Made by a program: the position numbers and the translations under genes. From NCBI GenBank assembly GCA_000146465.1, contig CP001945.1: 64,000 bases of DNA; one strand, 5' to 3'. The notes under the pieces are model-generated. The model had not been told where the DNA came from, did not search any database, and was given only the letters and a program-made list of their open reading frames with translations. Below are positions 8,052 to 17,897 of the stretch, one piece after another. Every line of letters starts with the position of its first letter. Positions within the stretch are counted from its first letter, which is position 1.

Positions 8052-10850
8052 TCAAACGTAAAGGGAATTCGCAAAGACTATGTCTCTTTTGATTTTCACT
8101 ATTCCCAGAGCAAACATGTTTTCCAGTTCTGTGTTGCCAATCACCCTGGCAGCACTACTCAACTGCCTGAGTAACTCTTCAAGTCTCTTGAAGGTTCTAA
8201 TGATGCTTCCTTCGAAAACACTTGTCTTGTTGCAGATGTTAATGAATGTATGTCCGCACACCCACATCCGGACAACATCCATCAGCTCATAGGAAAACTT
8301 CCGGAGATATGTGGTCGGATCCACGTCTATCGAGCATGACTTCAAGACCTTGCAGACCTTCTCAACAGAGTCCGACAGAAGCTTGTAGTACAACTTGTTT
8401 TCTTCGCTCAGAACAAAGTTGTCCGAATCCCATTCCTCAAACACAATGCACGAAAGAAGCGGAACAAAGTGCTCCACAGGAATCCCTGCAAAGTCTCCAT
8501 TGAATATCATTTCTGTCAGGACCAGCTCATCTCCTGAGGAAATCTCGCATGCCATTCGGCCCTTTATCAACACAGTAGTATCGTCACAATATTCAAGCTT
8601 CTTCAGAACCTTGATCATCTTCTTGCATTCTCTCATGTGGTAGATTTCTTTGAGACTATTGAGCTCCAGGAGCTTTTCAAGACATTGCTGCTTCATTATC
8701 TCGTTCAGGAAGTATGATCTTGCAGAGGACATCTCTTCTCCCATTTCTACATGCAAGTGTCCCGCCTTGGGGTTTTCTGCATGCCGTCTCCCGTTCTCCG
8801 GTACCTGGACCATGACTGCATCATCCCCAATCACGTCTTTGCTGCACAAAGAAAGACACTCCATCGAAGTCTTTCCGCAGACTATACAGACATCGAAGCT
8901 CCATCCTGGATTTGCCGATATTATCTCTGTTTCTATCCTGTTTATCTCTTCATCCAGTTCGTCCTCAACGGGAATTTTCCCAAAGCTCCGGGTAAATACC
9001 CGCATGTCTAACTTTACTCTGCTGTCATATACATTGTCGACGCAATCCAAGGGAAAGCTGCACATGTACACACCTTTGTTAGTCCCAACCATGCAAAGAA
9101 TCTTCTCCTTTACCTTGCTAACTATTGCATTTCGAATCGTAATCGAAGGACCATTTCTCTGCACAAATAAGTCAATCACTCTTCCCTTCTTCAAGTGCCC
9201 GTTAAACTTATCAACTAGCCTTTTGTTTCTTTCGATTTTCTTCTCCTCCCTTCTCTTGTATAGGTCCACAATTCGGTTGGGCGAAAGGTCTTCCAGACGA
9301 TTATGCATTATATGCAGAGTCTCCTCCTCTGCAAGGGCCTTCTTATATGACTGGAAATGATAGAAACTTCTACTAATGAGGTACAGAGGATCTAGGCCCT
9401 CCACCCTCATCAGATTCAAAAGCATGTTGTACGTCAGTCTAAATGCACTCACAAGATTGTCCGAGGATGTGGAAAAAAGCTTGTTAACCTCCTTGTAGGT
9501 GATTGGTTCTGAGATAATGCTTATGACAATTCCCATGCTGTCTATTCCTCTTCGTCCAGCTCTTCCGCTCATTTGTGTGTATTCTCCTGGGCTCACGAGC
9601 CTCATGCTTTCCCCATCAAACTTCTTCAGCGCAGTAAACACCACCGACTTCGCGGGCATGTTGAGCCCAATAGAAAACGTCTCCGTTGCAAACAGTACCT
9701 TGAGCAGCCCTTCTTGAAACAGTATCTCGACAACCTCTTTGATAATAGGCAAGAGTCCAGAGTGGTGAATCCCAATCCCTCTCATAAGAAGAGGAAGAAT
9801 GTTTTGGATAATCGGAATTTCCCTATCCTCCTTGCGGAGAGACATTATGGCATTGGTAAAGATCGTTTCAACCATCTCGGCCTCGGAGTCTTTCAGATAA
9901 CTCTTGTCCAGCTTCATTGCAAACCGCTCGCAGTCCTTTCTCCTGAAGGAAAACACAACAACAGGAAGAGATGCATCACTAATCGCCTCTCCCACCTCCT
10001 TAGGCCCGATGTTCCTCTTCTGGATTGACCGCATTGCGGACAAAAAATTCGACTTGTGGAACTTTGCATCCTTGATCTTGTACAGCTTGTTGCTACGGAA
10101 GTAATGAACCAATGGCGTCACTCTTTTCTCTGTATATACAACATGAACAACCTGGCTTTGGATATGGCATATCCACTCTGCAAACTCCAGTGCATTTGGA
10201 ATGGTTGCACTCAGAAATACCATCCGAACATGTCTTGGAAGTAGTATTATAGTCTCTTCCCACACCACTCCTCTTTCTTTATCTCTCATGTAGTGGATTT
10301 CGTCAAAGATGATCCAGTGAATCTCACGGACAACTTCTCCTCCCTTGTAGAGCATGTTCCGGAGAATCTCCGTTGTCATCACAAGGCAAGTTGCTGTGGG
10401 GTTGATGGTAACATCCCCTGTCATCAGCCCCACATCTCCAAACTCCGAAAGAAGCTCTCTGTACTTCTGGTTCGACAGCGCCTTGATCGGAGATGTATAC
10501 ACAACTCTCTGGCTGTTTTTCAGAGACATTGCAATTGCATACTCGGCAACAACTGTCTTTCCAGAGCTTGTATGGGCACTTACAAGAACACTCTCATCTC
10601 TCTCAAGACTACAGACAGAAATCTTCTGGAAGTCATCCAGCTCGAACAAGTAGTCCTTTGCAATCGGCTTGCCAAACTCTCTTGGGAGAGGCACGTAGTC
10701 TACTCCAGCCGGAATGACTGCCTCGTGGCGAGTTCCATTCCGGTCTATTTGGTCGACCACGGCCGTTCTCCTCTCCAACCTCTCGGGAATAGTAATATCC
10801 TGCGGAGTCGTATTGTCCTCGAGGACATCGAAGTATTTGTCATCGATCAT
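8052..10850 (-). CDS. Ski2/Mtr4-family DExH-box RNA helicase (paralog A, 932 aa)
   Basis: FQKISVCSLERDESVLVSAHTSSGKTVVAEYAI (motifs I/Ia), FDEIHYMRDKERGVVWEE (DEIH), SATIPNA, MSGRAGRRG, and a C-terminal IKRDIVFANSLYV as in Ski2/Mtr4. Confidence 0.8.
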   Translation of the reverse strand: MIDDKYFDVLEDNTTPQDITIPERLERRTAVVDQIDRNGTRHEAVIPAGVDYVPLPREFGKPIAKDYLFELDDFQKISVCSLERDESVLVSAHTSSGKTVVAEYAIAMSLKNSQRVVYTSPIKALSNQKYRELLSEFGDVGLMTGDVTINPTATCLVMTTEILRNMLYKGGEVVREIHWIIFDEIHYMRDKERGVVWEETIILLPRHVRMVFLSATIPNALEFAEWICHIQSQVVHVVYTEKRVTPLVHYFRSNKLYKIKDAKFHKSNFLSAMRSIQKRNIGPKEVGEAISDASLPVVVFSFRRKDCERFAMKLDKSYLKDSEAEMVETIFTNAIMSLRKEDREIPIIQNILPLLMRGIGIHHSGLLPIIKEVVEILFQEGLLKVLFATETFSIGLNMPAKSVVFTALKKFDGESMRLVSPGEYTQMSGRAGRRGIDSMGIVISIISEPITYKEVNKLFSTSSDNLVSAFRLTYNMLLNLMRVEGLDPLYLISRSFYHFQSYKKALAEEETLHIMHNRLEDLSPNRIVDLYKRREEKKIERNKRLVDKFNGHLKKGRVIDLFVQRNGPSITIRNAIVSKVKEKILCMVGTNKGVYMCSFPLDCVDNVYDSRVKLDMRVFTRSFGKIPVEDELDEEINRIETEIISANPGWSFDVCIVCGKTSMECLSLCSKDVIGDDAVMVQVPENGRRHAENPKAGHLHVEMGEEMSSARSYFLNEIMKQQCLEKLLELNSLKEIYHMRECKKMIKVLKKLEYCDDTTVLIKGRMACEISSGDELVLTEMIFNGDFAGIPVEHFVPLLSCIVFEEWDSDNFVLSEENKLYYKLLSDSVEKVCKVLKSCSIDVDPTTYLRKFSYELMDVVRMWVCGHTFINICNKTSVFEGSIIRTFKRLEELLRQLSSAARVIGNTELENMFALGIVKIKRDIVFANSLYV

Positions 10851-10910
10851 TTAGGGTGGTTGGGCGATAAGTATTAGAACTGTTGGCCGAAATCTGTTTG
10901 CAGCCACCGG

Positions 10911-10914
10911 CAAA
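10911..10914 (-). terminator. oligo-T Pol III terminator immediately 3' of tRNA-Leu
   Basis: AAAA on the plus strand equals TTTT directly after the tRNA discriminator base on the minus strand. Confidence 0.5.
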
Positions 10915-10996
10915 ATGGGACCTGGGGGATTCGAACCCCCGAACGTTACCGTATTCGATCTTGAGTCGAACGCCTTAGACCACTCGGCCAAAGTCC
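10915..10996 (-). tRNA. tRNA-Leu (anticodon CAA), no intron
   Basis: The reverse complement reads GGGACTTTGGCCGAGTGGTCTAAGGCGTTCGACTCAAGATCGAATACGGTAACGTTCGGGGGTTCGAATCCCCCAGGTCCCA. It has a 7-bp acceptor stem, a GCCGAGTGGTCTAAGGC D-arm and an anticodon loop CTCAAGA. It also has a long variable arm, a GGGGG/TTCGAAT/CCCCC T-arm and discriminator A, followed on the minus strand by TTTT (plus-strand 10911-10914). Confidence 0.85.
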
Positions 10997-11089
10997 CTCA
11001 GGTCGGATTCAGGACATGCCGAAAGCACTCCGGAAGACAGTACACAGCCATCCAGGTTCTTTAAATAAGTCTTAATAAAGGCCCTTTGG

Positions 11090-12028
11090 ATGGATGACAT
11101 TGATCTGCATTATTCCATGAGGTACATAATAAACTACAGAAATGTATCTGTTATGATGTTATGCCATCTATTATGCCTGCTGAAACAACATCTGAAGATG
11201 ACACTAACCTATCCAGACATTCCGGTTATTATAACGGACGAAGTTGCCCAGTACTATCGCTCCCGAGACCCAAGAATAATTCAAGAATTTAGGGAAAGCA
11301 CATACGTTGCAAGGAAAAACATCGAGAAGCTTATTCTAAGGGTGAGCAGATGGATAGTAATGTGCGAGGAACAATTCGATTACTTCCAAGGCTACGACCA
11401 CTTTGAGTCGAACGTGTGCAGCGATTTCGACAAGCTTCTTGAGGATTACTTTAAAAATAAAAGCTCTGAAGAGAATAAAAAAAGATGGGATGACCTACAA
11501 GAATTTGTTGAAATTTGTAGTTACAGATACCTAAATTACGACAGCCAGAAGGCTAACTGGCTTGCAGGGATAAGTAAAACAATTTCAAAGTGCGATGAGC
11601 TTAATACACTCCTGAACGCAAAGCTGTGTTTTGTGCCGAAGGAGGCTCTAGACAGCGAAGACTATGTGATGGGGATTATCCAGTCCGAGATGCAAAACCA
11701 CCCATGGACACCCACTCACTACCTGGAGGAAGCGAAGCACAGGTATGTGATCGTCACACTAATGAATCTTCTGCACATGGTGGCAGAAGTAAAGAACAAA
11801 GAGAATTCCTTCTGGATACTCGAAAAGGAGTTAAAAAACAGAATGCCAGGCTTGAAGAAAGAGGAAAGACTTCTGGATGTTTCTTATCAAAGCGGAACAG
11901 AAGAAAAAAAGCCGGCTGTTGGGATTTTCAAGAAGTGTATCATTTTAGTTAAGGATGCTAGACTATCAAGCGTGGTAGTGATTGTTGGAATTGGTATGGC
12001 AATAGGTATTATTAAATTCCTGAATTGA
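11090..12028 (+). CDS. hypothetical protein, 312 aa, with a C-terminal hydrophobic tail (possible tail anchor)
   Basis: ATG at 11090, preceded by GCCC. C-terminal VVIVGIGMAIGIIKFLN. No recognisable domain. Confidence 0.4.
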   Translation: MDDIDLHYSMRYIINYRNVSVMMLCHLLCLLKQHLKMTLTYPDIPVIITDEVAQYYRSRDPRIIQEFRESTYVARKNIEKLILRVSRWIVMCEEQFDYFQGYDHFESNVCSDFDKLLEDYFKNKSSEENKKRWDDLQEFVEICSYRYLNYDSQKANWLAGISKTISKCDELNTLLNAKLCFVPKEALDSEDYVMGIIQSEMQNHPWTPTHYLEEAKHRYVIVTLMNLLHMVAEVKNKENSFWILEKELKNRMPGLKKEERLLDVSYQSGTEEKKPAVGIFKKCIILVKDARLSSVVVIVGIGMAIGIIKFLN

Positions 12029-12086
12029 TCATCATGATTATTCTTCTTGGCCTCGGATCTGTTCCAAAGATCTTGATTTCGATATT

Positions 12087-12395
12087 TCATTGTTCTTGGG
12101 ACTTCTTGATATGCAAGAGTCGGCATACTTCTTGGGAGTCAGCCTGAGCAATGATGTGGTCCCAGCTGGATCCGAGACATTTATATGCATAGTAGAAATA
12201 CTCTGCAGACAGCTCGTACTCTTTTGCCCTGGCGTGTTTTCTGGCTTCGTCAATCATTCGGGCAGCCAGCTCGTCGGCATGGCCTGTTATTTTCATAAGA
12301 TACTCCTCATCATTCTTCATTGCTTCTTCAGCTCTTCTGTAAAGCTTATAAGCAACACATCCTGTTATAACAATCTTAACCATTGTAGATAGCAT
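12087..12395 (-). CDS. small hypothetical protein, 102 aa, N-terminal hydrophobic anchor followed by charged helices
   Basis: MLSTMVKIVITGCVAYKLYRR followed by a helical K/E/A-rich sequence. A 100-aa ORF on the opposite strand is hydrophobic junk, so the minus frame is preferred. Confidence 0.3.
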   Translation of the reverse strand: MLSTMVKIVITGCVAYKLYRRAEEAMKNDEEYLMKITGHADELAARMIDEARKHARAKEYELSAEYFYYAYKCLGSSWDHIIAQADSQEVCRLLHIKKSQEQ

Positions 12396-12444
12396 GAAGA
12401 TTGGCAGAGGATTTTAGGTTAAAAAAAATATTTCCAAATACATC

Positions 12445-15400
12445 ATGGGACTGGAGAGAGTTGAAGTAGAGAACTTCAAGTCGTATGCGGGATTTCATAT
12501 TATTGGGCCTTTTGATAGGTTCACTTGCATTGTCGGGCCAAATGGATCGGGGAAGAGCAATATAATGGATGCTGTGACATTTTGCCTTGGGATTGGATCC
12601 AAGCACCTCCGAGCTAACAATATTAGGAGCCTGATCAACGGTGGATCCAGCCATGCCAGTGTGGCACTTCACATCGAAGGGTCTGGAGAGAGGAGAGTCT
12701 TTAAGAGGAGGATTAGTAGTGAAGGGCGAAGCCAGTACTTTGTGGATTCTGAGAGTGTTGGGTATGAGAGGTTCAGAGAGGTTGTTGAGGGGATGAATCT
12801 GCTGGTTGATGCCCGAAACTTCCTGGTGTTCCAAGGGGATGTCAATGCGATAGGAAACATGATGCCGATGGAGCTTACAAGGGTATTTGAAGAAGCAAGT
12901 GGAAGCCTGAAGCTTAAGGAGGCTTATGAGGAGAAGCAGAGGGCACAGGCAAAGGCTGTGAGTGAATGTGCGTCGCTGTTTGAGGAGAAGAAAGAGGTGA
13001 TGAGCCGGATGAAGGAGGCTGAAGAGGTTCGAGAGCAAGAAGGAGAGTTTCGAAAGCTAGTGGAGAGGAAGCATAAGGTGCAGAGAGATATAGTGCTGTA
13101 TGAACTTATGGAGAAGAGGAATAAGAAGAAAGACATAAGCAATGAAATGTTGAGTCTTGGGCAGGAAAGTAGAAAGATGGAGGAGTTGGTATGCAAAAAG
13201 GAGAAGGAGGTTGAAAAGCATAGAGGAAGGATAAGTGAGATCAGGAGAAGGTATTTTGAGGCCGATGCCCTAGTGTCGAAACAGAAGGAAGTGGTGGCGG
13301 AAAGAAGAGCATGGAAGTCCTTAGGGGAGTCAGAGAGGAGTAAGAGAAGAGTACGGATTGCGGAGATTGAAATGGAAATCAGGGCGGGACAGGAAATGAT
13401 GGGGGGAAAGAAGAGAGAGATTGAGAGGAGAAGGAGAGATCTGGCAGGAGTTGCCGAAGGGTATTCTGAGCTATGGAGGGAAGAGGAAGAAAGAAAAGAA
13501 CGGCTGAACGGAGTTAAGGAGAAAGAAGAGGAGATTGAAAAGAGAGAAAAGGAATTTCTTCGGATGTGTGGAGAGGAGAGGGAGAGATTGAATACTCTGG
13601 AGATGGAAGAATTTCCTCGGCAAATGATGAAAGATGATTGCATAAGGAAGATTGGCAACTTGAAGGAGAGAAGCGAAGAATTGGAAAGTATGATCAAGGA
13701 AAAGAAGATGATCCGGGGAAATACTGGAGTGAAGATAGATGCGCTTGAAAGATCTTCGGAAGAGTTGGGGAGGAAGATATTACATCACGAGGAAAAGTAC
13801 TCAAGGCTTATCTCTGAGGAGAAGGAAAAAAATGAGGAGCTTTCGTGGGTGCTTGGAGAGATTCTGCGCATCAAAGGGAAGAGAAGAATTGATGGACGGC
13901 ATTCTGTGATTGCAGGGGCTGTGGAGACTCTTAGGGAGATGTTTCCTGGGGTGTATGGAAGGGTTGTTGATCTGATTAAGCCCACCCGAGACAAATACGA
14001 GATTGCATTGTCGGTGCTTTTGGGAGGGCATGATCAATCTGTTGTTGTTGACACAGAGGTGACAGCGATGTCGTGTATCAACTTTATAAAGGAGAAGAAG
14101 CTGTGCAAGATGACGTTTGTTCCTCTGCACAGCATCCGAGACCAGGGAGATGGTAGAGATGTGGAGAATGCTGTGGAGAAGTATGGAGAAGGGGTAAGAA
14201 GAGCATCGGATGCGGTTAAATACGATGGGAAGTATAAGAAGATAGTATCTTTTCTATTTCGAGAAAAGCTAATAGCAGATAGCATGGAGATAGCCAAGGA
14301 TATTTGCTATGGAAGAAAAATCAAGGTGAGTGTGTGTACGTTGGATGGGATCTACATATACGGAGGAGGATATTTGATAAGCGGAGGAGGAGAAGGACGA
14401 AACAAGTTCCAGGAGGATGAGCTGGATGAACTAGTGAAGAAAAGGATGAGGATTTTAGACGAGCTTCGGCGAATCCAAGATGGCAAGAATGAGCTTTCTC
14501 ATGTTGAGATATGTAGAGAAAGAATGGAGGTTTGGAAAAAGAGCAAGGAGTTGGAAATGGAGACTTTGAGGGAGCTGGACTCGTGCATTGAGGATCTGGA
14601 GCTCCGGATTGGAGAAAATAAAAGGATGTTGGAAGAAACAGAGGAGTGTTTGAAACGAACAGAAGAGGAGATGGGGCAGTCTGAAGTTTATCTAAAGGAG
14701 CTTCGAAAGAAAATCGAAGAAGTGGAATCTTCTGTGTTTTGCGGAATATTTCCAAATGCCTACTTCGGAAGCTTTGAAGAGTACAAGAAGGCTCGGGAGA
14801 GTGAAGCTTTTGCACTGAAAAGTATGGAGTATGAGGGAATAAAGGCAAAGACTGAGCTTAGGATTGAGATGCTGGAACGGGAGGTAAGGGACCTAGAAGA
14901 GGAAACAGAAAGACTTCGAAGGGAAGTAGAAGGATTGAGTAAAGATCCCTGCCGCGATGAAATAGACATCGATGCATTGGATTCGGAGCTCATGATTCTT
15001 GAAGAGGGAAGAAGAAAAAATCTTGAGGCTTTTAAAAAGGCTCGGGACGAGTTTAAAGAGATCAATGAGGAGTTCAAAGAGTTGGTTGACCGTAGAAATG
15101 AACTTGATCAGCAGATAATCCACAGCACATCTGCTCGAGAGCGTCTTGAAGAAGAGATTAAGGACACCCTGAGCTTTGCAGTTCTCGAGGAGATTGATCT
15201 CCCTTGTGCAAAGAGGATGTCGATGGGGGAGATTTCTGTGGATGAGATAGACTTCTCTGGACTGGAAGGGAGTGTCTCGAAACTTCGAAAGGAGCTGGAG
15301 GAAATCAACCAAAAGATAAGCAGCCAGGCACCTGTGATAAGAATGGAGGAAAGAGATGGAGATAATGCTAGATACATGAGGATAAGCGCAGAATACGAAA

Positions 15401-15924
15401 AGCGAAAGGCAATGGCAATTGCTGCCAAGAATGAGTTCAACGAGGTGAAGAAAAGAAGAACACACTTGTTCATGGAGTGTTTTGAGAAGGTCAATAAGGA
15501 GATATCAAGGATATACAAGCTTCTTACAATGACCGAGACAGGTGAAGGAAATGCATACCTGGTCCTTGAAAACACAGCTGAACCCTTCAGAGAAGGCATT
15601 AGATTCCATCTGATGCCTCCAAACAAGAGATTTCGAGAAGTTAGACTGCTTTCAGGAGGAGAAAAGACTATGGCTGCTTTGTCCCTCCTCTTCTCTCTCC
15701 ATGCGTACAGGCCTGCTCCCTTCTATTTATTTGACGAGGTGGACTCTGCCTTGGACAAGGCTAATGTGTCGAAGATTGTGTCCTTCATAGTTTCGTGTAA
15801 CGCCCAGTTTATCCTCATCACCCTAAAGCCATCTCTATTCCAACATAGCGATGGCCTGGTTGGAGTGTACAAGGATCCTCGCGAAGGTGTGAGTAAGGTT
15901 CTTACCTATAGATTGGGAGACTGA
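12445..15924 (+). CDS. SMC1: structural maintenance of chromosomes protein, SMC1-like cohesin ATPase
   Basis: N-terminal Walker A FTCIVGPNGSGKSNIMDAVTFCLG. Long E/K/R coiled coils and a hinge region (GRVVDLIKP...ALSVLLGGHDQSVVVD). C-terminal signature LSGGEKTMAALSLLFSLHAYRPAPFYLFDEVDSALD, which matches SMC1-type Walker B/D-loop. Confidence 0.75.
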   Translation: MGLERVEVENFKSYAGFHIIGPFDRFTCIVGPNGSGKSNIMDAVTFCLGIGSKHLRANNIRSLINGGSSHASVALHIEGSGERRVFKRRISSEGRSQYFVDSESVGYERFREVVEGMNLLVDARNFLVFQGDVNAIGNMMPMELTRVFEEASGSLKLKEAYEEKQRAQAKAVSECASLFEEKKEVMSRMKEAEEVREQEGEFRKLVERKHKVQRDIVLYELMEKRNKKKDISNEMLSLGQESRKMEELVCKKEKEVEKHRGRISEIRRRYFEADALVSKQKEVVAERRAWKSLGESERSKRRVRIAEIEMEIRAGQEMMGGKKREIERRRRDLAGVAEGYSELWREEEERKERLNGVKEKEEEIEKREKEFLRMCGEERERLNTLEMEEFPRQMMKDDCIRKIGNLKERSEELESMIKEKKMIRGNTGVKIDALERSSEELGRKILHHEEKYSRLISEEKEKNEELSWVLGEILRIKGKRRIDGRHSVIAGAVETLREMFPGVYGRVVDLIKPTRDKYEIALSVLLGGHDQSVVVDTEVTAMSCINFIKEKKLCKMTFVPLHSIRDQGDGRDVENAVEKYGEGVRRASDAVKYDGKYKKIVSFLFREKLIADSMEIAKDICYGRKIKVSVCTLDGIYIYGGGYLISGGGEGRNKFQEDELDELVKKRMRILDELRRIQDGKNELSHVEICRERMEVWKKSKELEMETLRELDSCIEDLELRIGENKRMLEETEECLKRTEEEMGQSEVYLKELRKKIEEVESSVFCGIFPNAYFGSFEEYKKARESEAFALKSMEYEGIKAKTELRIEMLEREVRDLEEETERLRREVEGLSKDPCRDEIDIDALDSELMILEEGRRKNLEAFKKARDEFKEINEEFKELVDRRNELDQQIIHSTSARERLEEEIKDTLSFAVLEEIDLPCAKRMSMGEISVDEIDFSGLEGSVSKLRKELEEINQKISSQAPVIRMEERDGDNARYMRISAEYEKRKAMAIAAKNEFNEVKKRRTHLFMECFEKVNKEISRIYKLLTMTETGEGNAYLVLENTAEPFREGIRFHLMPPNKRFREVRLLSGGEKTMAALSLLFSLHAYRPAPFYLFDEVDSALDKANVSKIVSFIVSCNAQFILITLKPSLFQHSDGLVGVYKDPREGVSKVLTYRLGD

Positions 15925-15992
15925 CAATTAAAACCTGCTTATGTGTTCACACAATTTACTCTTTATTGGGCTTTGAGATGCAATACCTTGCA

Positions 15993-16499
15993 TTACTTGG
16001 CAATCCCTAGCTTTCTCATCAATTCAAGCTCAAGCACCTCTTTTTTCTTTTGATGGAGACTGTTGCCGTCTCCAAGGCTTTTCCCCTTCTTCGCATTCAC
16101 TGTGCTGATCCGGGAAGCATCTTTAAAGATCTCCTCCCCATACCCGGGCTTGATGATGTTTGCCTCGGACTCAATACATATTCTCTCCACCTCACAATTC
16201 TTGCTCTCCTCGTTAACTCTTTCCCAATGCTCCTCACTTATCATCCTGTCCTCATACAACACTCCAAGAATCTCCATGTCCTTCTCTAACTTCATCACCC
16301 TTTCCTTGAAGCAGGCTGCTGCCTTGACAAGTTGTCTGAGAAGTACAGAAGAGGCTGCTCCCTCGGATTTTTGCAGAAAATACATCTCAAGCTCCATGTT
16401 TGGATTCTCTTCTGCCGGCATCTTCCTCTTGTTGATTCTTCTTACGAAGGAAAACGTCAGAATCATTGTCGACAGAATTATCCCAAGCAAGAGAATCAT
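15993..16499 (-). CDS. hypothetical signal-anchor membrane protein
   Basis: The ORF track extends to 16628 with a TTG start and overlaps the TAF13 3' end. An internal Met at 16499 begins MILLLGIILSTMILTFSFV (TM helix). The start is uncertain. Confidence 0.35.
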   Translation of the reverse strand: MILLLGIILSTMILTFSFVRRINKRKMPAEENPNMELEMYFLQKSEGAASSVLLRQLVKAAACFKERVMKLEKDMEILGVLYEDRMISEEHWERVNEESKNCEVERICIESEANIIKPGYGEEIFKDASRISTVNAKKGKSLGDGNSLHQKKKEVLELELMRKLGIAK

Positions 16500-16599
16500 T
16501 TTAATGGGCTTTGAGGGACGCAATTTGTTTACCGCTTCAAAACAAAAAACAGAAAGTCTAGAATGATCTGTCTGGAAGTAATTTAATCTTGCGTATAAG

Positions 16600-16911
16600 T
16601 CACTCCTTTTCATAGTCCTTGGGCTCAAACGCCTTCTTTGCCAACTTGATCTCCTCGTTTGTAATCAGTAAATGCCTAACTCGTGAGTACTTCTTCCTAT
16701 CTCTCTTCAAGTAGTATAAGAGATCCTCTGTCTTTGTCTTTCCCTTTACCTGTGCCATGTTGTGAGTGTTTGTCAAAAGAATGCTCATGTAGTCCAAGAC
16801 ATATCCATGGAGAGCTTCTGCAGTGTCATATCTAGGCGCAATGACATCTCCATATCCATACATCATTACTTTTATGTCTTTCATGAAGTTCACTCTTCTG
16901 GTTTCCCTCAT
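16600..16911 (-). CDS. TAF13: TFIID subunit TAF13 (histone-fold)
   Basis: MMYGYGD, compared with TAF13 MMYGFGD. KRDRKKYSRVRHLLITNEEIKLAKKAF, compared with RKDPRKFARVKDLLTMNEELKRARKAF. Confidence 0.8.
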   Translation of the reverse strand: MRETRRVNFMKDIKVMMYGYGDVIAPRYDTAEALHGYVLDYMSILLTNTHNMAQVKGKTKTEDLLYYLKRDRKKYSRVRHLLITNEEIKLAKKAFEPKDYEKE

Positions 16912-16935
16912 CCCAAGGGCCCCACTATCTCGATG

Positions 16936-17238
16936 TCAAAGATTCACAAAGACCCCATTATCTCCGTATGATAGAACGGTACATTCGACAGTGTCTCCTT
17001 TTGCAAATCTATCGCATAGGTGCTCGTTTGGATTGAAGTCAACAGGCCGGAAGATTCCTCTGTATTCAATGGCTGTCTTTCTCCCCTCCACTTCAAATAT
17101 CTGCACAATCATCTGTGTAAATGTCACTTTTATGACTCTGGCCTTCCCTTTGGATCCTATCTCCGGAAATATGGTGCCTATTGCGGGATGTCCATTGCAC
17201 GTCAAAACATCTGCTCCATCTCCAGGAAGCCTAGTCAT
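16936..17238 (-). CDS. small S1/OB-fold protein, possible exosome cap subunit CSL4-like
   Basis: IEYRGIFRPVDF...FAKGDTVECTVLSYGDNGVFVNL resembles the Csl4 S1 domain (LRGIxR...FRPGDIVxAKVxSLGD). Only 100 aa, so assignment is tentative. Confidence 0.3.
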   Translation of the reverse strand: MTRLPGDGADVLTCNGHPAIGTIFPEIGSKGKARVIKVTFTQMIVQIFEVEGRKTAIEYRGIFRPVDFNPNEHLCDRFAKGDTVECTVLSYGDNGVFVNL

Positions 17239-17468
17239 TAAGGGAGGATGCTCATGAAATAAATTAAAAGCTCGATGGATGTGCTAGGGAGCCTGCTCCA
17301 CCCCTATCTCCAGATCCTGAATTCCTACAGGCAATCAGCCTCCACAACTCCTTGATTAAAGGGAGAAGGAGGTGAGATGTGAATAGGAGCGACATAGAGT
17401 AAAGGAAGAAAATTGTATAATAACTGGTTGTCTTTCAATTAAAAGTATTCTGAACAGGGCTTGGAATA

Positions 17469-17828
17469 ATGAAGAGGAAGACAGTGGAGTATAAGTTGGT
17501 TGACGAGGAAAACGATATTGTAAGAAGCTACGAGCCCAGACGGAAGCCAAAGAGAAGCAGGATACTGCTCCACGAATGGCAAAGCATGATGCTAGAGCAT
17601 AGCTTCCGGACAAACCCATATCCAGACAGAATAGAAAAATACAATCTGTTTCTGAAGACAGGGATTCCTGTCAAGAACATCAAGATCTGGTTCCAGAACA
17701 GAAGAGCCCGGGAAAAGTCGTTCTATGAGGAAATGGAGGAGATTCATGAATGTGAGAGGATGGAGTATCAAGGGCTGGACACAAGAGTAGCTAGTTTTGG
17801 AGAGGAGTTCCAGTACTACAAGTATTGA
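17469..17828 (+). CDS. homeobox protein with TALE-like spacing (NPYP motif, 3-aa extended loop)
   Basis: RRKPKRSRILLHEWQSMMLEHSFRTNPYPDRIEKYNLFLKTGIPVKNIKIWFQNRRAREK. The W of WFQNRR falls at homeodomain position 51 instead of 48. The NPYP plus KTGI pattern is of TALE type. Confidence 0.75.
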   Translation: MKRKTVEYKLVDEENDIVRSYEPRRKPKRSRILLHEWQSMMLEHSFRTNPYPDRIEKYNLFLKTGIPVKNIKIWFQNRRAREKSFYEEMEEIHECERMEYQGLDTRVASFGEEFQYYKY

Positions 17829-17897
17829 TGGAGACTCTTGTCCTGGAAGTGTTTTCCGAGACTATGTCTTTGGCACTTGGTAGCAATAAATAACCTA

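Noticed and set aside
8650-9360. 236-aa plus-strand ORF inside helicase paralog A
   Set aside because: It is antisense to conserved helicase motifs and has a serine-rich low-complexity composition.
12924-13697. 257-aa serine/leucine-rich minus-strand ORF, plus several similar ones at 14321-14848, 14893-15465 and 15108-15626
   Set aside because: They are antisense to the E/K/R-rich coiled-coil region of SMC1. Reverse-complementing GAA/AAG/AGG-rich codons gives long S/L/F-rich stop-free frames. There are no motifs, and the plus-strand gene is clearly real.
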